Below are positions 18,784-29,595 of a stretch of 64,000 bases of DNA, piece by piece; positions within the stretch are counted from its first letter, which is position 1; every line of letters starts with the position of its first letter. This stretch comes from an uncultured Succinivibrionaceae bacterium (GTDB taxonomy: Bacteria; Pseudomonadota; Gammaproteobacteria; Enterobacterales; Succinivibrionaceae), in NCBI GenBank assembly GCA_900539665.1, contig UQCV01000004.1, forward strand, positions 1,818 through 65,817, read 5' to 3'. A program made the position numbers and the translations under genes. The notes beneath the pieces were generated by a model. The model was not told the origin of the DNA and ran no database searches. It worked only from the letters and a program-made list of their open reading frames with translations.

Positions 18784-20856
18784 GTGAAAGAATTAAAATA
18801 TACCGAACTTGAGCCTCAAATCGCAGCTTTCGCCACAAACGAAACCACAGGGACAACCAAAGTTACCCTTGCGACCTTCGAAAAAAGAGCACAAAGTGCC
18901 ATCACTGAACTTTTAAATACCGATAGTAGCAACCCTCTAATGCTCCTTTCTACCATTGATGGAGCCAATACTGAACAATGCATTCGCGATCTTTTAACTG
19001 GGATCACCATGCCTCATCGGGAGCTTTACGACCTTTGCTACGCCGAAAACCTAGATAATGCCTTAGCTCCTGTATGGCTCCACATTAAAAGTGGTACGTC
19101 CGCAGAATTTAGCGAACTCATGTCTGAGCTTTTTCAAAAAGTTAAGCTCAAGGTTGACGCCGAAAAACTCTTATTAAGAATCCTTAAAAAGCAAGGTGAC
19201 AACCCAAAGCTCGAAAATTACCTTTCAGACCTTAGTATTTATGTGGCCCAAGGACGAGAATTTACTCACCCCGTGCCTATGAATTTATTGGTACGTCACG
19301 ATGCAGATCGCACTCCAGTCATCTTTGGAACCGATATCACTTGGAAACGACTTTTTGGTGGGGTTAATTACTTAACTGAAAATGGTTCAACCTACTCTAA
19401 CCACCACTTACTTGAACCGGGTTTACTCCGTCAGGCCGACGGGGGCATTTTGGTGCTACGAGCTGAAGAATTAGTCCGTAATCCAATGCTTTGGTTTAAG
19501 CTTAAAAACGTCCTAAGCCGAGGCTTACTCGATTGGGACAGTCCATCAAGCGAATTAGTACCAGGAAGTGTTGTTCCATTCTTTAACCCTGAAGCAACTC
19601 CTATTAACGTTAAGGTTATCATCACTGCTAGTTATTATGATATCGCTGAACTTTATCATTATGATCCTACTTTTAACGATGCCATTTACCTAAGAACTGA
19701 CCTTAATTCTTACTTTGACTTAAAAGAACATACCCAAAACTTCTACCAATACCTTGATTACGTTGCTTCACGCAACAATCTTTTACCGTTTACTGAAGAC
19801 GCTAAACGTTTTTTAATTAGAGAAGCTTGTCGCTTAGCCGAAAGCCAGCTTGAGTTTGTCATCAATGAACACTGCCTCCTTAATGTAATGCGCGAAGCTT
19901 CTGGCTATGCGCGCCGTGCGGACCAAGCTGAAGTAACCCTCAAAGAAGTTCAAACCGCTAACCAAGCCAACTTCTTTAGATTAAGTAGCATGGTTGAAGA
20001 ATCTACTTCTTTTTATAAAAATAAGCAGATGCTGTTACAAACTGATGGTCAAGTAACAGGGCAAATCAACGGTCTTTCAGTCGTACAAACTCTCGGTGAA
20101 GATTTTGAATATGGGGAACCAATTCGCATCACCGCTACTATCCATAACGGTGGCGACGGGGATATTGCCGATATCGAACACAAGGCCGAACTTGCTGGAC
20201 AGATTCACACCAAAGCCATGATGATTATCAACGGCTTTTTAACTAATACTTTTGGGTATAATGAATCAATTCCAGTTAGTGCCAACTTAGTGTTTGAACA
20301 GTCATATAGCGAAATCGATGGTGACAGCGCATCTTTGACTGGACTTTGCGCGATTTTGTCCGCCATGGCTGGCAAACCAATCCACCAAACATTTGCTGTT
20401 ACCGGAGCCGTTGACCAATTCGGTAACGTACAACCTGTTGGCGGGGTTAATAAAAAGATCGAAGGCTACTATCGCATCTGTAAGATTCAAGGATTAAACG
20501 GACGTCAAGGCGTTATTATTCCTGAAAGTAACATTCAAGCTTTAACGCTTGACCAAGAAATCATCGATGCCGTAAAAGCCGGACAATTCCATGTTTGGGC
20601 CGTTAAAAACGTCAACGACGCGATCGAACTTCTAACCGGTATCCCTGGTGGCTTTCCAGATAAGACCCAAGAGGAAGCACCATCTCAATCTTCAGAAGAA
20701 GCTAAAGCGACGAAAAAAGAAGCTCAAGCCAACGACAAGGAAGATAGTGACAAGGAAACTTTATACGATATCATTGCCCTAAGCCTTGATAGTAATAACA
20801 GAATGCGCGAAGGATGCGGTTTATTAAGTCGCATTCTTGGATTCTTTGGACGTTAA
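18784..20856 (+). CDS. ycbZ: Lon-like protease homolog (YcbZ family)
   Basis: The C-terminal S16 domain (SYSEIDGDSASL…VTGAVDQFGNVQPVGGVNKKIEG) is collinear with E. coli YcbZ. The GTG start has an AAGGA RBS. There is a K/E/D-rich C-terminal tail. It lies next to fabA as in E. coli. Confidence 0.75.
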   Translation: MKELKYTELEPQIAAFATNETTGTTKVTLATFEKRAQSAITELLNTDSSNPLMLLSTIDGANTEQCIRDLLTGITMPHRELYDLCYAENLDNALAPVWLHIKSGTSAEFSELMSELFQKVKLKVDAEKLLLRILKKQGDNPKLENYLSDLSIYVAQGREFTHPVPMNLLVRHDADRTPVIFGTDITWKRLFGGVNYLTENGSTYSNHHLLEPGLLRQADGGILVLRAEELVRNPMLWFKLKNVLSRGLLDWDSPSSELVPGSVVPFFNPEATPINVKVIITASYYDIAELYHYDPTFNDAIYLRTDLNSYFDLKEHTQNFYQYLDYVASRNNLLPFTEDAKRFLIREACRLAESQLEFVINEHCLLNVMREASGYARRADQAEVTLKEVQTANQANFFRLSSMVEESTSFYKNKQMLLQTDGQVTGQINGLSVVQTLGEDFEYGEPIRITATIHNGGDGDIADIEHKAELAGQIHTKAMMIINGFLTNTFGYNESIPVSANLVFEQSYSEIDGDSASLTGLCAILSAMAGKPIHQTFAVTGAVDQFGNVQPVGGVNKKIEGYYRICKIQGLNGRQGVIIPESNIQALTLDQEIIDAVKAGQFHVWAVKNVNDAIELLTGIPGGFPDKTQEEAPSQSSEEAKATKKEAQANDKEDSDKETLYDIIALSLDSNNRMREGCGLLSRILGFFGR

Positions 20857-20950
20857 ACACTTCCAAAGATAGATTATGCATTACCCCTGTATTTGTTGTA
20901 CAATGCAGGTTAATTGGTTTTAAGAAAATACAAAGAAAAGGATTTTTCAG

Positions 20951-21490
20951 TTGGAAAACTCACCAGAAAAAAAGCTCTCACTCTGTGAACAAGGCCGTAA
21001 TTCATTTGACAGGGATGACCTGTTAGCATGTAGCCGCGGCGAGTTGTTTGGTCCAGGTAACAGTCAGCTTCCAGCACCAAACATGCTTATGATTGACCGT
21101 ATCGTTGAAATCAACGATCACGGCGGTGAACACGGTAAAGGTTTAATTGTCGCAGAAATGGATATCAATCCTGATTTGTGGTTCTTCAGTTGCCACTTCC
21201 CAGGCGATCCAGTTATGCCTGGCTGTCTTGGTCTTGACGCAATGTGGCAGCTTGTAGGCTTCTTCCTTGGTTGGAAGGGCGGCCCTGGTAAGGGACGTGC
21301 TCTTGGCGTTGGCGACGTTAAATTCACCGGCCAGGTGCTCCCTACTGCTCACAAGATCACCTACACCATCAATTTAAAGCGCGTTATTATGCGTAAACTT
21401 ATCATGGGTATTGGTGACGGTGTAGTCTCTGTAGATGGCACCCCAATCTACCACGCAACTGATCTTAAAGTTGGTTTATTTACTGACTAA
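20951..21490 (+). CDS. fabA: 3-hydroxydecanoyl-ACP dehydratase/isomerase
   Basis: [32 protein letters not shown]… is nearly identical to the E. coli FabA core. The TTG start has an AAAGGA RBS. Confidence 0.9.
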   Translation: MENSPEKKLSLCEQGRNSFDRDDLLACSRGELFGPGNSQLPAPNMLMIDRIVEINDHGGEHGKGLIVAEMDINPDLWFFSCHFPGDPVMPGCLGLDAMWQLVGFFLGWKGGPGKGRALGVGDVKFTGQVLPTAHKITYTINLKRVIMRKLIMGIGDGVVSVDGTPIYHATDLKVGLFTD

Positions 21491-21549
21491 TTAGAAGTTG
21501 CTTCTTAAGCTAAGAGCTAAAAAGCTTTAAACTTAAGTCAAATTTAATC

Positions 21550-21584
21550 ATCGGGGAGCTCGCGATAGTTCCCCGATTGTTTTT
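21550..21584 (+). terminator. Rho-independent terminator after fabA
   Basis: ATCGGGGA...TCCCCGAT stem followed by TGTTTTT. Confidence 0.75.
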
Positions 21585-21683
21585 GGAGACGCTTTGGGCG
21601 TAAGTTCTTGGCAGCCTTAAATTTCGTACTCACTCAACTACTACCTTTAGTTTCCCTCGGCCTTCATAATTTAAGGATCGCTT

Positions 21684-22286
21684 ATGAATCTTGAAGAAGT
21701 CCACATAACGGACGCAACTTGCGTTGACGCCCAAGATATATTGGATCTATACACTCCCTATATTACTAATACCGCCATTACATTTGAAGAGCACGTGCCT
21801 CCCCTTGAAGAATTTAAAACTAGAATAGAGCACACTTGTCAAACCTACCCCTATCTCGTTTGTCGCCACCACCAAAAAATTATTGGCTACGCCTATGCAG
21901 GGCCATTAAAAACTAGAGATGCCTTTGCGCGTAGCGTTGAGCTTTCTATCTATTTAGACCCAAACCAAACCCACCAAGGACTCGGAAAAAAACTTTACAC
22001 CATGCTTTTTGAGCGCCTTAAAGCACAAAATATTGTTAGCGTCTACGCCGCTATTGCCGGAACCTCTCATCCTTCTCGCTACTTAGACGACAATAGCTTA
22101 AAATTTCATGCGCACTTAGGATTTAAGGAAACTGGGATTTTTCCTAATTGTGCAACTAAGTTTGGGGAATGGTTTGATTTAGTATGGATGTATAAAGATC
22201 TCACATCAAGAGCTAATACTACTGCCGATTCCAAGCTTTTTATCAGCCAAGCCGAACTTAAAAGGTCAGTAACCAAAAATTTTTAA
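21684..22286 (+). CDS. GNAT-family N-acetyltransferase (PAT/YncA-like)
   Basis: Acetyl-CoA-binding region QGLGKKLYTMLFERLKAQN and a length typical of the family. Confidence 0.6.
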   Translation: MNLEEVHITDATCVDAQDILDLYTPYITNTAITFEEHVPPLEEFKTRIEHTCQTYPYLVCRHHQKIIGYAYAGPLKTRDAFARSVELSIYLDPNQTHQGLGKKLYTMLFERLKAQNIVSVYAAIAGTSHPSRYLDDNSLKFHAHLGFKETGIFPNCATKFGEWFDLVWMYKDLTSRANTTADSKLFISQAELKRSVTKNF

Positions 22287-22475
22287 CTTACTCCTAAAAT
22301 GTGCTAGAGAATTTTGAGGGCTAAAGAATTATTGGGTGATAGAGCTTAGACTGAGACCAAGAGAAGAAAAAACTAATTCCGCCACTAAATTGCGCTATTT
22401 TTAGCCATTTAATCGGCCTAAAATTTGATTTGTAGCACTTTTTAAAAACTCTTTAATTAATCGTTAAAAAATTGT

Positions 22476-22504
22476 TTGCACGGTCAAGAATTTTGATCTA
22501 TCAT
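22476..22504 (+). promoter_or_regulatory. trp operon sigma70 promoter (TTGCAC-N17-TATCAT)
   Basis: Good -35 and -10 hexamers with 17-bp spacing, about 60 nt upstream of trpL. Confidence 0.55.
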
Positions 22505-22561
22505 TTTTTCAGCCTCCGAAGATGAGGATTAAGCAGCAAGTACTGCATCACAAGATTTTAG

Positions 22562-22609
22562 GAATAGTATCATGACTTCATTAACTCTTACTGCAAAGCG
22601 TTGGTGGCG
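22562..22609 (+). CDS. trpL: trp leader peptide MTSLTLTAKRWWRTR with tandem Trp codons
   Basis: AGGA RBS. The WWRT core is shared with E. coli TrpL (…KGWWRTS). Confidence 0.8.
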
Positions 22610-22666
22610 CACTCGATAATACGCGGGTGGGCTAAGTCATGTTTTAAAATTAGCTATTCAAAGAAA

Positions 22667-22693
22667 AGCCCGCACCTGCGGGCTTTTTTTTTA
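22667..22693 (+). terminator. trp attenuator terminator (3:4 hairpin)
   Basis: AGCCCGC-ACCT-GCGGGCT followed by T9. An upstream CGCGGGTGGGC can form the alternative antiterminator pairing. Confidence 0.8.
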
Positions 22694-22758
22694 AGCCCAT
22701 CCGGCAGGCTGCGGAAAAATTGGTACGTACCTAAGTACGAAATAAACGGAAAATTATT

Positions 22759-24321
22759 ATGGACGCATTAAAACAGCCAATCTACGCTGAAAGTGGTTAC
22801 ATCAAGGATCCACTCGCCCTTTTTTATGAAATGTCAGGCGACAATCCTAATACCATTCTCCTCGAATCACTTGAAATCCATACCAAAGCTGGCACCTTGA
22901 GCATGCTCGGGGTGAGTGCCGCTTTGCGTATTAGTTGTTTAGGTCACGAAGTAACTGTAAAAGCCTTAAATGCTAACGGGGCCGCAGCAGCTTCACAACT
23001 TTTAACTTTACTTCCAAAAGAAGTTAAAGTTACGACCCCAACTCCTGAATCCTTTGTCCTGACCTATCCAAAGGTTAATCAAGCCCAAGACGAAGACTCA
23101 CGCTTAAAGTCACTAACCGTATTTGATGCTTTAAGAACTGTTCTTAAACTTCAACCATATGCCGGTTCAAGCAAAAATCTTATGTTAAGCGGGGTCTTTG
23201 GGTATGATTTGATTTCTTCTGTTGAAGAATTACCAAATGTCACCATGGGTAAAAACACCTGCCCTGATTACTGCTTCTACCTCCTTGATACAGTAATCAA
23301 CATCGACCATAAGGCTCTTAAGTCTGACATTCGCGCTATCGCATTTAGTGCTTCTGAATACGATGCGCTAAAAGATAAAGTTCAGCGCACCAAAAAGAGA
23401 CTCGATGCCTATCATGAAGTAGATCGCCCAGCTGAAATCAACTTCACTAAAGAACATGTCTCAACAGACATTAACGACCGTGATTTCTGCGCTATTGTCG
23501 ATAAGCTAAAAGGCAATATTTTTAAAGGTGATATCTTCCAGGTCGTACCTTCAAGAACTTTCTCTATTCCTTGCCCTTCTACCATAAACGCTTATTACCG
23601 TTTAAAGAAAACCAATCCTTCCCCATACATGTTCTACATGCATGATGAAGACTTCATCATCTTTGGGGCCTCTCCTGAAAGTGCAGTTAAATACACTTCA
23701 GCCAACAATCAAGTTCAAATGTACCCAATTGCTGGGACTCGTGGGCGTGGCTTTAAAGCCGATGGTTCAATCGACCATGATCTCGACTCAAGAATTGAAC
23801 TTGAATTACGCCAAGATAAAAAAGAAAACGCTGAACACTTAATGCTTGTTGACTTAGCTCGTAATGATATTGCCCGAATCAGTGAACCAGGTAGTCGCTA
23901 CGTCGCTGACTTACTCAACGTTGACCGTTACAGTCACGTTATGCACCTCGTGTCACGCGTAACCGGTTCTTTAAGACCAGACTTAGACGCGCTTCATGCT
24001 TACCAAGCTTGCATGAACATGGGTACCTTAACCGGCGCCCCAAAAATTAGAGCCACCGAACTTATCAGAGAAACTGAAAAAACTCGCCGCGGTAGTTATG
24101 GCGGGGCTATCGGGGTTTTACGTGGTAATGGCGACATCGATACTTGTATCGTAATTCGCTCCGCATTTGTCAAAGATGGCATTGCTCACGTACAAGCAGG
24201 TTGTGGGGTTGTATATGACTCTGTACCAATGGATGAAGCAAACGAAACTAGAAAGAAGGCAGCAGCTGTGCTAAGTGCTATTGCCATCGCTCACGGTAAG
24301 TCTTTAAAGGAGGTCCTCTAA
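22759..24321 (+). CDS. trpE: Anthranilate synthase component I
   Basis: 520 aa with a chorismate-binding C-terminal domain. It is the first gene of the operon. Confidence 0.9.
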   Translation: MDALKQPIYAESGYIKDPLALFYEMSGDNPNTILLESLEIHTKAGTLSMLGVSAALRISCLGHEVTVKALNANGAAAASQLLTLLPKEVKVTTPTPESFVLTYPKVNQAQDEDSRLKSLTVFDALRTVLKLQPYAGSSKNLMLSGVFGYDLISSVEELPNVTMGKNTCPDYCFYLLDTVINIDHKALKSDIRAIAFSASEYDALKDKVQRTKKRLDAYHEVDRPAEINFTKEHVSTDINDRDFCAIVDKLKGNIFKGDIFQVVPSRTFSIPCPSTINAYYRLKKTNPSPYMFYMHDEDFIIFGASPESAVKYTSANNQVQMYPIAGTRGRGFKADGSIDHDLDSRIELELRQDKKENAEHLMLVDLARNDIARISEPGSRYVADLLNVDRYSHVMHLVSRVTGSLRPDLDALHAYQACMNMGTLTGAPKIRATELIRETEKTRRGSYGGAIGVLRGNGDIDTCIVIRSAFVKDGIAHVQAGCGVVYDSVPMDEANETRKKAAAVLSAIAIAHGKSLKEVL

Positions 24322-24322
24322 A

Positions 24323-25933
24323 ATGCGTCCAGTTTACTTGCTTGATAACTTTGACTCCTTTACTTACAACCTCGTGGATCAGTTCCGTGCTTTAGGGCAT
24401 GAAGTACGAGTTTTTCGTAACAGCGTTCCGGCAGAACACATCAAAGCGGAAATGGAAAAGTGCGCTGTAGAACCGGTATTAGTTTTATCTCCTGGCCCTG
24501 GTAATCCATCCGAAGCTGGTTGCCTTATCGACCTCATTCGCCTTTGCCGTGGTAAGTTCCCAATGATCGGGATCTGCCTTGGCCACCAAGCCATCTGCCA
24601 ATACTACGGGGCTGACATTGTACCAGCTAAAGAAATCATTCATGGTAAAACCTCCCTTATCACCCATAATGGTAAGTACATGTTTGATGGCTTCCGTAAT
24701 CCATTACCAGTAGCTAGATACCATTCATTAGTAGCCACCAACCTACCTCAATCATTAGAAGTAGTCGCGCAATGCGACGGTATGGCCATGGCAGTAGTCA
24801 ACCGTGAAGATCGCGTGGTTGGTTTTCAGTTCCATCCTGAATCTGTCATGTCTACCGACGGGGCTAAGCTTTTAGCAAAAACCATTGAATTCGTATCTAA
24901 GGAACGCGTCAATACCAAGGAACTCGTTGGTAAACTTTATCTTGGCCAAAAACTTACCCGTGATGAAACCATCAAGCTCTTCTCTAGTGTTTTTGAAGGT
25001 GACATGGACCCTATCATGCTTGGGGCTGTATTAACCTCACTTAAGCTTTCAGGGGAATCACCAGAAGAAATTGCCGGGGCTGCTAACGCTATGTTAGGCG
25101 CTGCTACTCCATTTGGGCGCTTAGGCGATTACGAAGTTGGCGAAATCGTAGGCACCGGTGGTGATGGTCAAAACACCATTAACATCTCTTCTATGAGTGC
25201 GATCGTCGCTTCAACCTTAGGTTTACATGTGGCAAAACACGGTAACCGTAGCGTCTCATCCCTCACTGGGGCTTCTGATATTTTGCGTGAACTTGGTGTG
25301 AATATCACCATGTCACCACGCCAATCTGCTTTATGCCTTGACCGCTTAGGGCTTACTTTCTTGTTTGCCCCTGTGTACCACAAAGGCATGCGTTACGCAG
25401 CTCCAGTGCGCGCTGCCATGGGCACCAGAACTATTTTCAATGTTTTAGGGCCTTTAACCAACCCTTGTCACCCCGACTATATGGTTCTTGGAGTTTACAC
25501 CAAAACTCTTATCCCAACCATGGTTGAAGTTTTAAAACAAAACGGTATGAAGCGCGCTTTAGTAGTTTATGGTGACGGCCTTGATGAAATTGCCCTTCAT
25601 GGTCCAACCGACTATGCCGAACTCCATAGCGATGGCACTATCACCACTGGGGTCTTCACTCCTGAAGATTTTGGTCTTACTCGCCACACCATTGCCGATA
25701 TCAAGGGAGGGGCCCCGGATGTAAACCGCGCCTTGACCGAAGAAATTTTACAAGGCCATGGTACTAGCGCCCAAAACGATTCCATTGCGGCGAACGCCGG
25801 GGCTTTGTTATACCTAGGTGGTAAAGCTAAAACCATCAAGGAAGGGGCGGCTATGGTTTTAGCCTGCTTGAAGTCAGGTGAGCCTTATAATCAACTTATG
25901 AACTTTGCAACTCTAAGTCATCAAGAAGGTTAA
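24323..25933 (+). CDS. trpD: Bifunctional anthranilate synthase component II / anthranilate phosphoribosyltransferase (TrpG-TrpD fusion)
   Basis: N-terminal GATase (…GICLGHQA…) plus C-terminal PRT, 536 aa as in enterobacterial TrpGD. Confidence 0.9.
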   Translation: MRPVYLLDNFDSFTYNLVDQFRALGHEVRVFRNSVPAEHIKAEMEKCAVEPVLVLSPGPGNPSEAGCLIDLIRLCRGKFPMIGICLGHQAICQYYGADIVPAKEIIHGKTSLITHNGKYMFDGFRNPLPVARYHSLVATNLPQSLEVVAQCDGMAMAVVNREDRVVGFQFHPESVMSTDGAKLLAKTIEFVSKERVNTKELVGKLYLGQKLTRDETIKLFSSVFEGDMDPIMLGAVLTSLKLSGESPEEIAGAANAMLGAATPFGRLGDYEVGEIVGTGGDGQNTINISSMSAIVASTLGLHVAKHGNRSVSSLTGASDILRELGVNITMSPRQSALCLDRLGLTFLFAPVYHKGMRYAAPVRAAMGTRTIFNVLGPLTNPCHPDYMVLGVYTKTLIPTMVEVLKQNGMKRALVVYGDGLDEIALHGPTDYAELHSDGTITTGVFTPEDFGLTRHTIADIKGGAPDVNRALTEEILQGHGTSAQNDSIAANAGALLYLGGKAKTIKEGAAMVLACLKSGEPYNQLMNFATLSHQEG

Positions 25934-25942
25934 GGAATTACT

Positions 25943-27427
25943 ATGTCGACGACCAAACCACGGACCGCTGCTAGCGATTTATGTCCAGAGCTTTTAGCGA
26001 ATCCACGCCTGCACACGAGCTCAATTAACGGCAATGTGCTCGCTACTATCTTAAACGCTAAAGTTGAATGGTTAGCCCGCAAGCAGCAAGAATTTCCGCT
26101 TGCGTCCTTTAAAGACACCTTGGCCCAGGCAGAACGTTCGTTTTATGACCATATGAGTAAAAGTGGCACGCGGTTTATTCTCGAATGTAAAAAAGCGTCC
26201 CCGTCCAAAGGACTTATTCGCCCTGAATTTGTGCCTGAAGACATCGCGCGAATTTACAATCAGTATGCCGCTGCTATTTCAGTTCTAGCCGATGAAAAGT
26301 TCTTCCAAGGGGATTACAGCTATATTGCGCGAGTCCACGCAGTAACTAGCGTACCGGTATTGTGTAAAGACTTTATCTTTGATCCATTCCAGATATATCT
26401 GGCCCGTAAGAACAACGCTGACGCCGTGCTTTTAATGCTTTCCGTGCTAACAGACGAAGCTTACCAAGAACTAAGCTCTTTAGCTCATAGTTTAGGCATG
26501 GGTGTTTTGACTGAAGCTTCAACAGCCTTAGAAATCGAACGCGCTATCACATTAGGCGCAAAGGTTATTGGAATCAATAACCGTAATCTCCGTGACTTAA
26601 CGGTTGATTTAAACCGCGTCAAAGAGTTAGCGCCATTAGTGCCAAGCGACCGCATTGTGATTAGTGAGTCCGGGATCTACACCCATGATCAAGTCTTAGA
26701 ACTTAAAAAGTTCGCCCGTGGCTTTTTAGTGGGTAGTTCCCTAACTCAAGAACCTAATATTGAGTTAGCTTGTCGCAAACTTATTTTAGGGCAAAATAAA
26801 GTTTGTGGCCTTACCCGCCTAGAGGACCTCAAAGCTGCTTGGGCACAGGGCGCCTGCATGACTGGGTTTATTTTTGCGCGCGCTTCAAAGCGTTATATTA
26901 CACCTGAAAACGCGCATGAATTAGCGACCCAAGCTCGTAAAGCTGGTTGCGCGCAAGACTTTTGTGGGGTCTTTTGCGATGAAGAACCAACTGAAGTAGC
27001 GCGCATCGCGACTTTAGTTCCACTTGAAGCTGTTCAGCTCCACGGCTCTGAGTCTCTTGAGTACATTAAAAACTTAAGAACGCTCTTACCTGCTAAGACC
27101 CGCATCTTTAAAGCTGTACCCGTGAGCACTAGCTTCCCGGAAGAGGAAGTACAAAAGTATCAAGCAGTAACCGATCTGGTGGTACTTGATACTAAAGTTG
27201 CAGATGCTTTTGGGGGCACGGGGCAGACGTTTGATTGGCACACAATCAAGGGCGATAAAAGTAAACTCCTCGTAGCAGGGGGCCTTAACCCAGATAATGT
27301 GGTTTTAGCACAAACTACCGCCATGTGCGTGGGACTTGACTTAAACAGCGGGCTTGAAGATGCACCAGGCTGCAAAAATCACGAACTTTTAAAGCGTGCC
27401 TTCGACCGCCTTAAAAATAACTGTTAA
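25943..27427 (+). CDS. trpC: Bifunctional indole-3-glycerol-phosphate synthase / PRA isomerase (TrpC-TrpF)
   Basis: Has IGPS and PRAI domains. It carries roughly 35 extra N-terminal residues relative to E. coli. ATG 25943 has an AAGGA RBS; an alternative internal GTG start is possible. Confidence 0.85.
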   Translation: MSTTKPRTAASDLCPELLANPRLHTSSINGNVLATILNAKVEWLARKQQEFPLASFKDTLAQAERSFYDHMSKSGTRFILECKKASPSKGLIRPEFVPEDIARIYNQYAAAISVLADEKFFQGDYSYIARVHAVTSVPVLCKDFIFDPFQIYLARKNNADAVLLMLSVLTDEAYQELSSLAHSLGMGVLTEASTALEIERAITLGAKVIGINNRNLRDLTVDLNRVKELAPLVPSDRIVISESGIYTHDQVLELKKFARGFLVGSSLTQEPNIELACRKLILGQNKVCGLTRLEDLKAAWAQGACMTGFIFARASKRYITPENAHELATQARKAGCAQDFCGVFCDEEPTEVARIATLVPLEAVQLHGSESLEYIKNLRTLLPAKTRIFKAVPVSTSFPEEEVQKYQAVTDLVVLDTKVADAFGGTGQTFDWHTIKGDKSKLLVAGGLNPDNVVLAQTTAMCVGLDLNSGLEDAPGCKNHELLKRAFDRLKNNC

Positions 27428-27486
27428 AATTTTATAATCTACGTCGGAACTAAATTCTCCGACGCTTACAACTAAGGATAGACGTA

Positions 27487-28689
27487 ATGTCAACTGAAAC
27501 CATACTTAACCCGTTTTTCGGGAATTTTGGCGGGATGTACGTTCCGCAAATCCTAGTTCCAGCTTTAAAACAGCTTGAACAGGCTTTTGTTAAATACCAT
27601 AACGATCCTGAGTTTAAAAAAGAACTCAACGACCTTCTTTACAACTACGCTGGGCGTCCAACTCCCCTTACCTTATGCCGTAACATCACTAAAGGCACCA
27701 AGACTAAGCTCTACTTAAAGCGTGAAGACTTAGTGCATGGCGGGGCTCATAAAACCAACCAGGTTTTAGGGCAAGCGCTTTTGGCTAAGAGAATGGGCAA
27801 GACTCGTATTATTGCGGAAACTGGCGCCGGTCAGCACGGGGTTGCAACCGCTATCGTTTGTGCCCTCCTTGGGTTTAAGTGCCGCATATACATGGGGGCC
27901 ACCGACGTTAAACGTCAAGAACCAAACGTATTTAGAATGCGTCTTATGGGCGCCGAAGTAGTACCTGTAACTACCGGTATCGGCACTTTAAAGGAAGCTT
28001 GTAACGAAGCGTTACGTGATTGGGCTGGGTCTTTTGAAGATACGCACTACATGTTAGGGACCGCAGCAGGTCCACACCCATTCCCAACTATCGTTCGTGA
28101 ATTCCAAAAGATTATCGGGATTGAAGCTAAAGAACAGTTTAAGACCTTCGAAAATGGCAACCTACCAGACATGGTAATTGCTGCTGTAGGCGGTGGCTCT
28201 AACGCAATTGGGATCTTCACCGATTTCGTTAAAGAAAAAGACGTGGAACTTATTGGGGTTGAACCTGCAGGTTACGGTATTGCAACTGGTAAACACGGGG
28301 CTCCGCTTGGCCACGGCAATCCAGGTATCTTCTTTGGCGCTCGTTCTTACAACATGCAAGACCACGATGGCCAAATCAAGGAATCTCATTCTATTTCTGC
28401 CGGTCTTGACTTCCCATCTGTAGGCCCTGAACACGCCTACTTAAAGGATATCGGTCGTGCGCGCTATGAATCAGTAACTGACGAAGAAGCTTTAAATGCG
28501 TTTAAGGAATTATCACTCCACGAAGGTATTATCCCGGCTCTTGAATCATCTCATGCTGTAGCCGAAGCCCTTAAGATCGCCCGGGCTAACCCTGAAAAGG
28601 AAATGACCATGGTAGTAAACCTCTCTGGTCGTGGCGATAAGGACATTTTTACCGTAGCTGACATCTTGAAAAAGCGGGGAGAATTCTAA
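27487..28689 (+). CDS. trpB: Tryptophan synthase beta chain
   Basis: PLP-lysine region [16 protein letters not shown]; 400 aa. Confidence 0.95.
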   Translation: MSTETILNPFFGNFGGMYVPQILVPALKQLEQAFVKYHNDPEFKKELNDLLYNYAGRPTPLTLCRNITKGTKTKLYLKREDLVHGGAHKTNQVLGQALLAKRMGKTRIIAETGAGQHGVATAIVCALLGFKCRIYMGATDVKRQEPNVFRMRLMGAEVVPVTTGIGTLKEACNEALRDWAGSFEDTHYMLGTAAGPHPFPTIVREFQKIIGIEAKEQFKTFENGNLPDMVIAAVGGGSNAIGIFTDFVKEKDVELIGVEPAGYGIATGKHGAPLGHGNPGIFFGARSYNMQDHDGQIKESHSISAGLDFPSVGPEHAYLKDIGRARYESVTDEEALNAFKELSLHEGIIPALESSHAVAEALKIARANPEKEMTMVVNLSGRGDKDIFTVADILKKRGEF

Positions 28690-29504
28690 TGAGTCGTTAT
28701 ACTGAATTATTTGCCAACTTAAAGGCTAAAAACGAAGGCGCTTTTGTGCCATTTATGAACATTGGTGATCCAACCCAAGAAGACTCCGTAAAGATCATCA
28801 GCGCTCTCGTTGAAGGTGGGGCTGACGCCTTAGAACTTGGAATTCCATTTAGTGACCCAAGTGCTGACGGTCCCGTTATTCAGCGTTCTGATGTGCGCGC
28901 TTTAAATGCTGGTTCTACCACTGCCCGCGCTTTTGAAGTTATTAAACAAATCCGTGACAAGTACCCAAAGACTCCTATTGGTCTTTTAATGTACGTAAAC
29001 TTAGTTTATGCCCCTGGCATTGATAACTTCTTTGCTATGTGTGAAGCTAACGGGGTCGATTCTGTTTTGATTCCTGATATTCCAGTACAAATGATGGACG
29101 CTTGCCCAGAATGGAGAGAAGCCGCTGCTAAACATGGCATCGAACTTGTAATGATTTCGCCACCAAACGCCGATGACGAAACCATTAAGCGCATTGCTGA
29201 AATGAGCCAGGGCTACGTGTACCTTGTAAGTCGCGCTGGGGTAACTGGAACTGAACGCTTAGCTGGTCACCCAATGTCTCATTCTCTTAACCTGTTAAGA
29301 ACCAACAACGCTCCACCTTGCCTCTTAGGTTTTGGTATTAGCCGTCCTGAACAGGTTAAGCAAGCCATTGCTGACGGCGCTGACGGCGCAATTAGCGGTA
29401 GCGTGCTCGTAGAGCTAGTCGAAAAGCACCTCGATAACATTGACGAAGCTTGTCAGGCGCTTAAGGGCTACGTAGCTTCAATGAAGGCTGCTACTAAGAA
29501 GTAA
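28689..29504 (+). CDS. trpA: Tryptophan synthase alpha chain
   Basis: Overlaps the trpB stop (ATGA) and has the TIM-barrel alpha-subunit motifs; 271 aa. Confidence 0.9.
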   Translation: MSRYTELFANLKAKNEGAFVPFMNIGDPTQEDSVKIISALVEGGADALELGIPFSDPSADGPVIQRSDVRALNAGSTTARAFEVIKQIRDKYPKTPIGLLMYVNLVYAPGIDNFFAMCEANGVDSVLIPDIPVQMMDACPEWREAAAKHGIELVMISPPNADDETIKRIAEMSQGYVYLVSRAGVTGTERLAGHPMSHSLNLLRTNNAPPCLLGFGISRPEQVKQAIADGADGAISGSVLVELVEKHLDNIDEACQALKGYVASMKAATKK

Positions 29505-29562
29505 TTTTTTAGTTTAGGGCTTACCTTAAGCCCTAAACCTTAAAAAAAATTTATAACCCTAA

Positions 29563-29595
29563 ACGCCTCTTTTTACAGGAGGCGTTTTTATTTTT
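29563..29595 (+). terminator. trp operon terminator
   Basis: AACGCCTC...GAGGCGTT followed by TTTTATTTTT. A second 11-bp stem lies at 29513-29537. Confidence 0.75.

Noticed and set aside
22721-22738. GTAC-rich palindrome downstream of the trp attenuator as a TrpR operator
   Set aside because: Its position, downstream of the attenuator rather than at the promoter, and its sequence do not fit the TrpR operator (CTAG core). It is kept only as a shared-motif observation.
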